Source: Eledone cirrhosa
Lineage: Eukaryota
DNA length: 64,000 bases
Assembly (NCBI GenBank): GCA_964016885.1
Contig: OZ024743.1
Coordinates: 37,014,001 to 37,078,000, forward strand
Direction of reading: 5' to 3'
How positions within the stretch are numbered: the first letter of the stretch is position 1; the number at the start of each line of letters is the position of its first letter. Positions 50,321 to 64,000 of the stretch are shown piece by piece. A program made the position numbers and the translations under genes. A model generated the notes under the pieces. The model did no database searches, was not told the origin of the DNA, and saw only the letters and a list, made by a program, of their open reading frames with translations.

Positions 50321-50436
50321 TTTCTACTTTAGGCACAAGGCCAGCAATTACCCAGTGCATTACTGGTACTTTATTTTATCGACCCCGTAAGGATGAAAGG
50401 CAAAGTCAACCTCGGCGGAACTTTGCCTTTCATCCT
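50321..50436 (-). mobile_element. 5'-truncated young SINE with terminal inversion, flanked by 40 bp direct repeats
   Basis: Direct repeats 50281-50320 and 50437-50476. Confidence 0.85.
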
Positions 50437-52919
50437 TGTAATCTCATAAACATTTGTACCAATTTGGAAATAACTGCAAGAAATATTAAATAAAGTAAAT
50501 AGAAATTCAGAAATACAGCAAAGAATAGAATTCTCTTCCAAACTGAGATTTAAAATTAAGAAAAATCGATTTGCTAAATTTCACCATCTTAAATAGAGAA
50601 TCATCTTCATTATTTGCATTTGTTCAAGCGTGTTATGAGATAAAAGCTTTTGATTATACAAAGGTGTATACTCAACACTATTTTAACAATGTATTAACAA
50701 CTGCTACGTATTAAGAAGTTGCTAAATGCTTCGATTATAACGTTCTCAGCCATAAACAGAGGCAATTTCGAAGTTAAATGATCAGAAATAAATTAAAGTA
50801 ATTACCACGCCATAAGAATGAAAGGAGATCGGATCGCAGAAAGACGAAATAAACAAAGTAGTGGATAAGTCGAAATGTCGGCAGCGAATACATCAGTATT
50901 ATCTTGTATTGTTCATTGAGAACCTAATTCCCGGTGGAGTCATAGAGGCACCATCATAACATATGTCCTGGACATTTGAAATATAGTGGAGCCCATCTTC
51001 GATTTCTATTTGGATATTTGGAGTACCTAAGAATCTAAAAGAAAGAAGAGCATCGTTCCTATCCTTCCTTCAGCCTTGAGCACCAATTTTTGTATTCAAG
51101 AACAATGAGAATGAAACCCATTTTGAGTTAAAACAAGAACATTAATTAGGTGCGGATTATCAAAACTAAAATAAAAGAAATAATAATGGTTGCGTGTAAA
51201 ATAATTTACAGAACAATGAAGAAATGCATCATCTTGTTTAATTATTGGGTGTGGTTTTGTTTCTCTGTGTAAATTTAGTCTTTAAAACTAAAACAGGTTA
51301 TTATGAAGGTCAAAAATACAATATAACTAAATACCGTTTCTTTCAAATGTTACGACATACCTCTCACAGTATGAAATAAATATCGAAGTATGACCACAAA
51401 AAAATAATCCAGTAATATATAAAACAAATTTCCAGAACCTTCACTTGTATACAGGTTTAAACGACAGTAAAATAGTAAAACTTCTTCTTCTTCTTCTTCA
51501 CGAAGGCCAAATAAATAAAAATAACACCGAGAAGAAAATGAGATTGGGATTTTTATCTCAGCTCAAATAAAACCTCAACAAGACAAGTGTTGAAAAAGTG
51601 ATTTTTCTAACTTTAACTCAAGGCCAAACAGCAATTAAAAAACATTCCGCGAGTCTGACGAGCCATTTACTTCGCTACCAGAAATATCTACACCTGAGGT
51701 GGGAGGGGGGGGGGGGGGGGGCTTTTCAGGGACACGGGCAAATTTCTTATGCATAAGAACCTGTGAGTGTAAATTTATGTTGGGAAAAAAACATGTTTAA
51801 GTATGCAATCTATATCAAATTATTGTTTTTGTCTAAATATGTTTATTTTATTTTATTTTTATTTTTGTTCGTTCATTTTTTTTTCTTTTGGGATACTTCG
51901 AGTGCGGACTGTTTAACGTTTGAATGCGACCGAAATTTTGAACATGTGGTCGCTTGCCCTATTAGAAATAGTAACTAAAGCTCCCTCATATCACATGCTA
52001 CAATCTTTAAAATGGAAGAACACATTGGATGATATAATCCTAAACATAAAACAATATATGATGGTTATGGTTGGAATAAGTTTGATCATAGGTCTGTCTA
52101 CTCGATCAAGGCTGACAAATAAAAACAACGAATATGTTGTTATATTTTAATGCGGAACGCGAAGATGTAGTTGATTTAATCGACCCTGTCTATTATTGGT
52201 AATTACTAATTGTATCGATTTCTCTTGCTTCAGGAATGGTAAGTGCTAATAGCAATTGCTGACACCTTTTTCTCTTTAGATGTTAATCTAAATCACAAAC
52301 TTAGCACAATGATGCACTGAGACATATGGATCTAGACGTGTGCCACACAAAAGTTTTAAGGGGGTCACAGAGATATTTGCGTGTCTGGGATAATATTGCA
52401 TGCATATTAGTCAAGAGTTTTTCACGATCACGTAATGAATTTGTTGTTATATAGTTATTTGAGGAATCTGTTACAGCGTTTATTGTAGTATAATTATATT
52501 GTAGTTGTTGTATGATAATTATCATTCTACAAGTGTTCACATAAGCAGTGCTTCAAGTACTGCTGATCAAGCATATATTGCATAAGGCATATCCGTGATC
52601 AAATATGAAATAATTGGATCAAAGAATTCAATTTCATGCAAAACTACAAACTTAAGAAGTATGTTAGAATTAATAAACAAGGAAATCAGCTTATATAGCA
52701 GAAATAGAATATTCAGTATCATTCGAAATCCATATGCTTTATCTTCAAATCATTTTAGTTATTTTATCGCTTTGTCGAGAGGAAATGAAGTGAACATAAC
52801 CGTTTTCGGACCCTCCGAGAAGGAAGGTATCATAAAACTGGAAACCTAGCTCGAATGCTCGAAATAGAGTATGTATATATGGATGGATAGATGCGTAACT
52901 CCTGATATAGTTGTAGGGG

Positions 52920-53250
52920 CACTACCTTGAGTACCCATCTCCTCTCCAGTTGTTCGATCAAAAGAACAGCCTGATCGTAAAATTAATGTGTAAGTGGTTG
53001 GACATTCCACAGACACATGTACTCTTAATGTAATTCTCATGGAGATTTAGCATGACATAGTGTATGACAAAGGCTGGTGTTTTGAATTACAGGTATAGCC
53101 CATCTGGTTGGTATACAAACAGTTTTCGTCAACCCAATACCCCTCACAAATCTTGGTACGACCTCTGACTGTGATAACGCTTGCCCATGCAGTGGGATCG
53201 AACTCGGGACCTTATGATTACGAAGCCAACTTTTTAACCATTCGATCTTA
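52920..53250 (-). mobile_element. tRNA-derived SINE (second family)
   Basis: GGGATCGAACTC B box as reverse complement; body related to 38540-38830. Confidence 0.65.
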
Positions 53251-53821
53251 CTGCGTCCCCACTTTGGAAGGGTTGTAAAGTAATGCAATGGCGAACGGAT
53301 GTGAATAGGCTTGATGGTGGAGACGGGAAATAGATGTTGAAATGATAGTAGTAAATGGTAGATGTAGAAATTGAAACCGAAAACTTATGATTGCAAAGCG
53401 AACTCCTGAAACAATCAGCCATTTTGTATCCACATTTATTTTGATACTGAAACTTTTAATATATAATCTCGTGGTTTCAGTCCTAACTATTAAACCATAG
53501 AGTAATGTATGGCTATAGAACTAACGTTATTTCATATGTTAGAATCTGCATAGCAAAATATCCAAAGAAAAATTCTTGCTATTCAATTATTTTTGTTTTT
53601 CTTTTCTCTCTCTTCTTTGCAAGAGATGCTTGAGGATGAAATCAATTTGCGACTCAAAACGACTGGAGATACTTTCAATAATCTTAGTTTCCAAATAAAG
53701 TAACAGGAAAGAATTCGTTTATACATTTGTACTGTAAAGTATTTCTGTAATTGTATTATTTATATTTTGTATTAGCATTACTGGTCGTGAGGCAATTTCT
53801 CTTATTATTTGGATATGCATG

Positions 53822-54215
<394 letters not shown>

Positions 54216-54459
54216 ATTCAATGTAATGGGCCGTAACAAAAATGTCGTAAAACATTTTCGAACTTAATCACTGCCTGTATTCATAAATTCAATGCTTTTT
54301 CTGTGTGATCAAAATACAAAAAACATCTTTAGTTCCTTTTTTTTCCTTCCGGCCATCATTTCTTTGCAAATCCAAAGCCTTCTTAACGCATCGGCACACT
54401 GGGCAGTTGCTTAGGAGCCCCATGAGCATAGAAGCCCTATGATAATCTAAGTATGTAAT

Positions 54460-54700
54460 TTTTTTTATGGCTTAAATAGGCGCTGAGCTGGCCAGCCGCA
54501 GGTGTGAGCCTCGCAAGTTGGAATGGCTCTTCCAGCACATCTCCCTTACCATCCTCCGGGGAAACGCCTTCGCCATCCTGTCCGCCGGGGCTGTGGGGAG
54601 GCCAGCACGTGGGACCCCATTTACTCACCTTACGGATTAATAGGCAAAGTTATAGACTATTGTAAATAAATCTAAGTATGTTGTAACTTGCTATCAATAA
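54460..54700 (+). mobile_element. Extreme 3' fragment of a CRE-type retrotransposon
   Basis: IGAELASRRCEPRKLEWLFQHISLTILRGNAFAILSAG..* (stop 54640). Confidence 0.7.
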
Positions 54701-55499
54701 ATAAATTAATATTGTAATGAAGATAATTAAAAATATTAATGTTAATTTTCATAACAAGTGAAAATTAGCAGTCGCCTCTGATTTAGCATTACGATCACCT
54801 CTGTGCATGTATGTGTACTTATCTCTCTCGCTATATAATGTACAAGTATATAAGTTAACGTCACTTCAACTTCACTTGTCAGGTAATAGGAGCTATAGTG
54901 CACTTCTATAGTGCACTGCTGTTATGACAACCTTGCTCAAATCATACTTCCAAGAAAGAATCTAAACACCACACCACCAGAGAAGTTCCTTTCGTCACAT
55001 GTTTGACTTCAACCGTGTATAATACCCCACACAGTCATAGGCTCTGTTGTATTGGGAAGCAGCTTAAACATTACCACAATATCGCATTCGAAAGTTTTGA
55101 ATTAAAAGAAAATACCATATCAAATTTGACTTGGCTGCAAAACAATGTCTTACTCAGTTCTTAGTATTTGACTAATATACAGTGAGAAGGGGCCGAACAT
55201 ACATACACACACAACCTGCTCTATTTATAAACTTAACAGAAATGGTATATCGAAATCCATTTGTCTTATAATCCGTCAATCAAATAACGCTTTGGGTACC
55301 AAATGTTTTAAGATAAAAATAAGGTTATTTTTTTTGTTTCAGCTTTTTAATATAATACTGGGGTTAAAGAATGATAACAAGAATTCCTCTTAGAGTTAAG
55401 TGCTTTTTTAAGAGACATTTTCCTTGTCTAATTCAATATAAATGAATGAACATCAAAGATTTCAATAACCATTTTTACATACAAAATATATTTGAGATA

Positions 55500-57260
55500 G
55501 ACGTCGAATTGGCAGTGTTGTTAGAACATCGGGCAGAATGATTGGCAGTATTGGTTCTGCTCACTGAGTTCAAATCCTTCCGAGGTTAACTTTGCCTATT
55601 TTATACTTTTGAGGTCGATAAAAATGTACAGTCTACAACTGGGGTCAATTCTTTCTCTATATCTCGATCTCACTTCCTTTCTTTCACACTTTATCCTTCT
55701 CTGAAAGAAATATGATTTATTCGGACCTGGAGAAGAGATGGCCTCCGTCAGGTTTTAAAATGTCTAAGAAACGCTGTATATCAATATGGCGCCCCTACAA
55801 CTCCCACAGTAGTTACAGGTCCATACATATATATATAGATATTTGAGAGAACAAGACAATATACTGAGTCGGAGATGGCGAAGTGGTACTCATTTTGTAT
55901 ATTATTTTAATAAATTTCTTGGTGTTTCCTCAACGTATTTATCATTACTCAGGAACGCCCAAAATATGTCCTAAAAAATATACAATTTTTGAAAAATGAT
56001 CCTCGAGTCTGTTGAATATTTGTTGAATGAATGTGCACTTCACGTGATCTGTTACGTCATCGTTCATAATTTATATCATATGATACCTTACGTTTGTTTG
56101 TTGATAGTTATATATTTCTTAGCATATGTAAAGTGTTATGTTAGTAAACATACTTACAGGCTGTTGTATGCTCTTCCATTATAATTCCATTCGCATCTAA
56201 GATGCATTATCACGAACACAAATCAACAGTAATCATATACTTAACAATAGACATATCTTGTGTTCATAGGCAGCGAATTGGTAGAATCATTAGAGCGTAA
56301 GTAAATGCCTTGCGCTATTTACTCCGATTCTCTAGGCTCTGGGCTAAAATTCGGCCATGGTTAACTTCGCCTTTCATCCCTTCGAATTCAGTAAATCAAT
56401 ATCAGTCGAGGGAAGTGGATTACGGAATTATTCAAGTATTTGGGATCAAAGCGAGATCCTTTGTTGTATATGTTATCAAACATCTCTCCTTGTTTGATCC
56501 CTTTGCCTTCAAGGCTTAATCCATCGCTCAGTTTAATACCACCATCACCTGGTCCTTGAATGTCTTTAGCGGAGTGTACTTTCTTGCAAGCCGTCGGGCC
56601 AGGTGGCCTGTCTGAAAATAACCTCCACCCTTTCCTCCAGAACTAAACAGTAAAAAAATATTGTTATAATTTCCTTGCAGCTTTATATTGAGTTTAGTTA
56701 TCCGTCGGATGTAGTTGACAGAGTTGAGTTCAAATCTTGCTGAGATAGATCAACTTTGCTATTCATCCTTTCGAGGTCGATAAAGTACCAGCCTAGTGCT
56801 TGTGAAGCCCTCAGCTGTCACATCCTGTTTGTTGCCCTAGCTCATGTGTGGGAAGGACAATAGAGTGCCTATGTCTGCTTACGATTACACATCATCTAAA
56901 AATACTATCGAAAGCAGGTTATATGCTGATAGTAAGTCATCCGGGATCGTGAGTGAAGGTCAAACGGATTTCAATTTATACCATCTAGCCTTTTTAACCA
57001 TAAGACGTCCTTTCCTTTTTAAAGACGGTTCGTAGTAATTGGAGGGAAGACTTGCTGCTGTTTCTTGTGGGTCAAACGGCTGCGTAGAAGCTCCCTTGTT
57101 AGCACTCCTGTATATAGAGTATTCCCGTCGAGGTTAGCTTTGTATTTCATCCTTACGGGGTCGATAAATAAAGCAACAGTAATGCACTGGGATTGATTTA
57201 ATCGACTTTCCCCACCCCTTCAAATTACTGGCCATGTGCCTAAAGTAGTAACAATTATAT
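55500..57260 (+). mobile_element. Four dispersed diverged Nin/Deu-like SINEs (~55500-55650, 56268-56400, 56700-56800, 57120-57260)
   Basis: Core AACTTTGC..TCATCC..GGTCGATAA recognisable in each. Confidence 0.6.
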
Positions 57261-58352
57261 TAGTACTGTCTTTGGTATATCTGTTATATACTGTTTTATA
57301 TGCTGTGACATATCTATACGTCTATCAAATCCTAACACGGTGTATCAATCCCCGCCGGCGTGTTATGAATGTATTCTATAAATCTGAAATGATTTTTAAT
57401 TTTGTTTCAAGTATATTAAACAGTAATATTGTCCAACCGAAATCGTTCACAACTCGACATTTTATCAGCAGACGTTATTTTGCATTGTATTTCGATTAAA
57501 TATTACCAACACAGACATATCTTTCGATAGTGTCAGTATTATCCTCCCATTTAATTCCCCAAGTGTATAAAAGTTTTGTATTGTACGAACTAGTAAAAGA
57601 GAAGAGTGTTCTTATTGATTTCGGTTTTGTTCTATCGATCAACGAAATAGGAAGAAAATGTCAGCGTAATATTAATAAATCAAAGAGAAGGTCAATAACA
57701 GAGTATATTTTCAGTGATTAATACTTAAAATGTATTAAGAATATAAGTTAAATGGCTTTTATTATCATTTTTATTTTCTTAATTCAATAGACATTGATTT
57801 CAGCTGATGTTAGCTATATTTTATATATAACATTTGAAGGATTATATCCATCGTTCCGGTAGCAATTTTTTATTCCAAGAATGTTAATAGCCTCCGTGTA
57901 AATGCCATACGATCTACTTGTGAAAAGATACCTCACTTAGAGATCTATAATAGAATGACGTTTCAAAATGGCTGTTAATGGTGTTTAACACAATTAAATT
58001 CAATACAACTGCAGTAATTTCCAGAATTTACTATACATCATAATGTCTATAATACGATGTGTAATATCTGAAAATCTATATAAATACATTTAGTCTCGGT
58101 GTGTATACGAGTTATAGTTCAAATCAAGGAGAAAATATGTTTGCATTAGTCATTGAGAATATAAAACCTGCCAATAATTATCAATAAAGGCTTTGTTTTT
58201 CGAGAAAATAATCCAGTATCCCAAATGTTGCCAGCAATGCTGATAAATTGTATGCATTATAAAGATATTCGTTTCTTGTATGATGAAACTTTCAGCAGCT
58301 ATATTCTTCTACATCTTGTGCAGCATTAAAGAAATACTATTGATAACGAAGG

Positions 58353-58389
<37 letters not shown>

Positions 58390-58593
58390 CGGAGAAGATA
58401 GACGTGTTTTTGTTTCGCTCCTGCATTTTGGCGGAATTTATTACGAGAAGCGGTAGGTCTGTTTAAGTAATTTGTTATTTGTTGTGTTTAACCCCTCGCC
58501 TGGGCCTGCAGACGTTGGGTAAAATAAATTTCGCCCCTTTTTGGGGCGAAATTTAATAGTTATAAGTTATCGATAAAAAGTCGTTTAGTGACA

Positions 58594-60450
58594 ATGGACG
58601 CCATTAATACGACGCATGCCACGCCCCCAAGGAAAGTGATAGAGAGAAGGTAGCAGCACAATGCTGTAAGCCTTCCCTTTTCACTCCCGCAAAAGACACC
58701 ACGGAATCAAAAGAAAAAATTGTGGAAATGGGTGAAAACCCCAAAAGTAACAATTACACAAACAAGAACAACAATGACAATAACAACACAACCAACAACA
58801 GCAATAATGACAACACCAACAAAGGAAAAAAGCAAGCCAACACGAATAACAACAACAACAATGATAGCAACACGAAAGAAAACGGACCCACAGCTGCAGT
58901 CTCCTTCGCACAGGCAGTCCGAGAAACACAGACATACAAGGCACTGGACATCTCGAATGCCAAGAAATTGCTGAAAGAAACAAGGAATTGTGTAAATTTC
59001 GGGGAAGGTGGGGAATTCACAATTACCTCCCCCGAAGAAATTACAAGGGACACAGTCCTCAGGACTGTAATCTTTAGGACAGTTTCGAACACGACTAGGA
59101 AACCGGCTCAATTGTCATAAGCCAAATTGAGCTGGTCCTAAGTAGTGCCTGGAAGGATATCACTTTCATACAGAAAGGGAAACTGTATGGAATCATATCT
59201 GTTTTAATGCAAGATGAATTGGCGGCACGGAAATATTCTGTGTCGCCAATTGTATCCAAAGCATACACTTTTTCCCTCACATATTTGGGGAAAAGAACTC
59301 AAAAGATAAGAATCTCGGGCATCAGGCCAAATGCGAGCATTTGGTGGGTGCTAACGGGATTCTTAGAAGATGAGGACACAATCCTTTCGATAGGCAAATC
59401 CACCGGGGGCGTATTCGGCGGCAATAGCCTTGAAGTTCTGGTCCAAATGAGACCAGAACGGATAGCAAGAATACCGCAGCGTGTGTCCCTGGATGGAGTC
59501 GCCTTCATAAACATTTCTGTTGAGTGCAGGCGACCTTCATGCTACCACTGTTCAAGAAGGTCACCTGAGGGCTTCCTGTCCCCTTTTAAATTCCCCCCCC
59601 CCCCCAAAAAAAAAGACGCTTCTGCCCACCCCACACACAACAACACAACCACCGCCACCACCACTACCACCACCACAACAACAACACGAAAAAATAACAA
59701 CACAAGACACTGTCCCACCCAACCCCTCCCCACCTAAAACAAATACAAAAGCAACCACAACAAAACCCCAAAATATACCCCTCCCCAACAACACGGACGA
59801 GGACCCCTTATCAACGTCACCCAGTGACGACGAGGGAGAACCCTTTCAACCTGTAAAAAGAAAGAAAAGAAGGCACCACATTAACAAAAATGCAACAAAC
59901 ACACAACCACCAGCACAAACATCACAAACATTACAAGCAAAAAAAACCACCCCTCCCGAAAACATAACACATACTACAAAACGCAAACACACACAAGAAC
60001 AACAAACAAAAACAAACACAACACAACAAAAACAGTATACATATATCAATACAAGCAACAAAACACTTGTGCAAACAATAGACAAAGACCCTCCGGTGGA
60101 AACCGAAGGGAAAATGTTCACCAACGCGGCGACTAAGCCGCATTTAAAAATGATTGGGGTCACAAGGGACACCTACGCAGTGCTCAAACAGAACTTTCCC
60201 GAGGACGTGGGGAACCCCTGTACTAGACCTAGCAACCGCGTTCTCTTGAAATGTTTCCCCACCACTACCCCAGACACCCCTCCCCCACCAAATACCCCCA
60301 CCCCACTACACATTGATGTCCCCACCACATCCCAAATCACCACCCCACCAAACAACCCGCCGACACCCCCATGGAAATTGTGCATCCTGGTCCCCAGGAG
60401 AAGGACAGGTGGGTGTCTTTTCCTCTTTCTCCCCTCTAAACTCTGCACCA
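58594..60450 (+). pseudogene. Tx1-like ORF1 (gag-like, CCHC knuckle), disrupted
   Basis: VSFAQAV, GKRTQKIRISGI, RRPSCYHC../GHLRASCP across a frameshift, Thr/Pro-rich tail. Confidence 0.7.
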
Positions 60451-60455
60451 CCAAC

Positions 60456-63400
60456 ATGGCTGTTATAAGAGTTGGATGTTTAAATGTGCGCGGCCTGGGG
60501 ATGTTCTGGAAGCAGGGCAAACTCTTAAATGACCTCAGGTTGCACAGAATGGATGTGATAGCTATTTGCGAGTCCAGGATCAGCAGCGAGCACCAACTGG
60601 CCCCCATCTTCGACGACTTTGAGATCTATGCATCTCTCTGTCAGCCGGGAGGTGGGGGGGGGTCGTTCTGCTGCGAAAACATCTGGGCCTCGCAACACGG
60701 AAGGTACACCTGACCCGGAGGGTCGACTGGTGGTTCTAGACGTAGGCAGTAGTGAAGGTGGAGCCTTCAGGCTGGTGGCAGCGTATGCCCCATCTGGGAC
60801 ACCGTGACCGGACTTCTTCCAACGCCTAGAGACTTTTCTGGGAACGTCTCGCTCCTTGCTTTTAGTGGGGGACTGGAATGGTATCCTGGATGCACGTTGG
60901 GAATATGTAGGGGCATGTCCCAATAGAGGGGGGTGTAACAGCCTCAAACGGTTAATCGGCCGACTTGATCTGACCGATAGATATCGATTAGATTTTCCGA
61001 CTGTGCTACTGTGGACGTGGAGTAATCGCAGCGGAACATCTAGGTCGTACCTAGATAGGTTCCTAGTTAGAAATAAGGATAGGGACATATTAAGCTGTCC
61101 ACGAATGTTCATAGTTGACTATTCGGATCACAAGTTGGTGATCGGAGGGGTCAACCTTGATAGAACCCATAGACAAGGACCCTGTTACTTGAAGCTAAAC
61201 TTGTCCTTACCGTCAAACAAAGCTTACAGTAAGCGGATTAGCACACTAGTTAAGCAGCAGTTGACAGTGGCTCTCTCAAGAGAGAAATTAGAATAGAATC
61301 GATAGGTTTTAGTCAGGAATTAGCAGCAGATAGGAATAGAACTGAAAGGGAATTGATAGATAGAGTAGAAGAGGCGATTAGGAGGGGCAACGTGCCGACG
61401 TGCTGGCGTCAAGAACGGCCCTAGACCAGTTCTTTGACGCGAAGCACGAGGGCTGTGTTGTCAGGAGTAAAATACGTGCTCTGGGTAACGAGGGAGCCAA
61501 CGCTGTTAGCTGGGCCCGAGTGACAGAGGCAAAAAGTGGAAACAAGTCCACGATTCGGTCTTTGTAGGACCAGGATGGACGCGTGATCCTTGAACCTGAG
61601 CGGATGTGCATGGTCTTTCAACGGCGCTTTGCATGACTGTTCGGGAGAGGCGGCGGGCCGGGTGAGGCCTTGGATTTCGGTCAATACCTCGACGGTCTGC
61701 CGCGGCTCTCGGACGGGGAAACAAAGTCCTGCGAAAGGCCGATTTCAGCCGCTGAAATAGGGGAAGCGCTGAGCCTATGCGGCAAACGCAAATCTCCCGG
61801 TCTCGATGGTCTACCATACGAACTTTATGTAGCGATGCCGGACTTGTTCTCCGATCTCCTCGAGGCGGTCTACTGCAACTGGCAACAGAACTAGAGAATT
61901 CCCAGTTCTGTGACCAAGGGCGTAGTCACGCTGGTGAGGAAGGACGAGAACAAGGAGGATGACATAGATAACTTCAGGCCCATAACTCTGCTAAACACAG
62001 AGTTAAAGATTTTGGCCAAGGTGTTAGCGAAGAGGTTGGCGCTTGTCGTCGGGAACCTGGTGGGAGAAGCGCAGACATGCGCAATCCCGTCCAGCTCCAT
62101 ACACGAAAACCTGTACCTCATGCGATACATCGTAGAGAGGGTAGGGAACGAACCCGGCTTTGGTGGGGCCCTGATCAACTTGGATCAATCTAAGGCGTTC
62201 GATAGGGTCTACCATCGGTACCTGGATGCGGTGCTCGCGGCGGAAGGCTTCGGACCCGTTTTCAGGGTCTAGATTGCTGCAATGCACAGCAGCAACACCT
62301 GCTCGAGGGTCAAGGTGAACGGCTACTTTCTCGGAGCCGTTCCAAATCGCGCGATCTATCCGACAGGGATGCCCTCTCTCCTCCCTTCTGTATGTGCTGG
62401 CTCTCGAGCCACTACTGCGGAAGCTGGAGCTGTTGCAGGGAATCCCCTTGGAATCGGGATTGCGGAAAGCGGTGTCGGCCTACGCCGATGACGTGACAGT
62501 AATGGTGTCGTGCGCCTCGGAAATCGGGCAGATCGGCACCTTACTGGAGGAATACGAAAGGTTTACAGGAGCCAAGCTGAACCGGGACAAGTCCGTCGGT
62601 TTGCAACTCGGAATGTGGAGAGGCAAACAGATGCCCTCCGACGGCGTCGTCGGATGCTGGACGGAGGACCGGTGAAGCTGCTCGGGGTCTGGTCGGGATC
62701 GGACCTTCAGGTGGAGAAAAATTGGGACGAGGTAACGGGCAGGGTGTTTGCACTCGCCCAGAAGTGGGCCGAGTGCAAACTATCCCTGAAAGGTCGAGCG
62801 GAGGTGGCGAACACTTATATAGCGTCCGTCATCTACTACCGCTTGGCCGTCGTGCCTTGCCCAGCGAAAACGCTCGCCAAAATGGAGCGCGCGCTCTTCT
62901 GATTCCTTAAGAAGAAGCGGACCCCTTTGGTGAGAAGATCCATCTGCTGTCAACACCCTTGGAACGGAGGGCTGGGGATGTCGTAGCTGACGATGCGTAG
63001 ACACGCATTAAGGCTACGGCACCTCCAGCCGGTGTGGGCGCCTTTTGTGAGGCGAGCCTTTCCGAGACTCGTCTCACTCACCGAGCTGCAATCCTGGGTC
63101 AAGCACAGACCTAGAAAAGTGGGCGACTGGCACATTGAATGTGCCCAGGCGCTCACGGCCCTCTGGCAAACGGATCCGGCAATCAATGGAGACTCAACCC
63201 CAACATTCTATAGAGGGTTGGTGCGCAGCAAGTGCGACGACGCTCTCGGAGAGGCTCTGGGCATGGAGGAAAATGAGCTAGCCAGTCTGTTCGGTAGGAC
63301 GTTTGGCCCGGGACCGATGGACAACTTCCAAAAGTCCCTAGCTTGGCAGTGCTACCGAGGAGCTCTACCCGTTCTGGACAAGCTCTACAGACACGGGTGC

Positions 63401-63845
63401 CCGGGTAGGGACCCCTCGAAGAAGATCTGTCCGAGATGCGTGCGTGACGAGGTAACTGTCGCGCACGCATTCGTACACTGCCCGGGCGTTGCTGACCTGT
63501 GGGGCTATGTGGAACGACTACTGTCGCGGGTGGGACCAATTCGGTTGACCATCGAGTACATTGTCATGATCAAACCGCCTCCCCCTTCAAAAACGAAGGA
63601 GAGGCGGTTTTCCTCTGTGTGATAGCTATGTCGAAAGAGGTTGTATGGTGGACGAGGTTGAAAGGGCTGAGGTCAGACACTTTCCTCTCCGGCCAACAAC
63701 TGGTCCTTTGTTTCAAGTACCATTTTAGAAGAAGGATCAGAATCGAGAGAGAGGTGCTCTACCCCTGCAAGTTTTATGAAAGGTGGGTGAAAGTGGCGAG
63801 AATGGCCCGAGTGAATGGGCCTTCTCTCTATATCATCCTGTATGT
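60456..63845 (+). pseudogene. Tx1-like ORF2 (APE + RT + C-terminal zinc finger), disrupted
   Basis: CLNVRGL, AYAP, GDWN, YLDRF, SDHK, KSPGLDGLPYE, NFRPITLLN, LDQSKAFDRV, QGCPLS, YADDVT, CPRC..HAFVHC. Confidence 0.9.
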
Positions 63846-64000
63846 GAGAGAGGAGAGGAAGGAGGAGAGGAAGCGAGCACCTGCTCTTTGTGCTCCTGAG
63901 GAGGAGGGTTGCACATTTTTTTCGGGACTTTGAATGTTGAATTTGATTTGTTATATGTTTTTACACGTCCCTTGAAATGTATGTAAACTCCCCCTCTTGT

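Larger units (their letters stand above)
58390..64000 (+). mobile_element. Decayed near full-length L1/Tx1-clade LINE starting after (TCTA)n; 3' end beyond the window
   Basis: 5'UTR, ORF1 and ORF2 remnants in order; many stops and frameshifts. Confidence 0.9.

Noticed and set aside
58450-58556. HDV-like ribozyme in the Tx1 5'UTR
   Set aside because: CCC-CTCGCCT-GGG and GCGAA are suggestive, but I could not build P1.1 and P2 consistently

Overview
Eukaryotic, AT-rich DNA made almost entirely of repeats. The SINE families and microsatellite load look like a coleoid cephalopod, probably Octopus (inference). No host protein-coding gene can be recognised, and nearly all ORFs in the supplied track are translations of microsatellites. 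The window is a nest of transposons sitting in microsatellites. Non-LTR elements: a near-intact CR1-group LINE with a tandem-CCCH ORF1 (10.9-14.7 kb, -), a decayed L1/Tx1 element (58.4-64 kb), two R4/Dong-type and two CRE-type restriction-like-endonuclease fragments, RTE fragments, and six copies of a bipartite non-autonomous RTE element. Penelope-like elements (PLEs) occur both as decayed coding copies and as many short (AT)n-embedded pLTR remnants carrying variant hammerhead ribozymes. DNA elements: a maT/mariner, a Tigger remnant, MITEs and a non-autonomous Helitron. There are also dozens of tRNA-derived SINEs, often chained at re-used target sites. The most interesting signals are a protein-less mini-element with two divergent hammerheads, fold-back palindromes and shared cis-motifs across PLE remnants, the CCCH ORF1, and insertion footprints of the SINE. 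All family assignments come from motif recognition by eye, and boundaries of degenerate copies are approximate.
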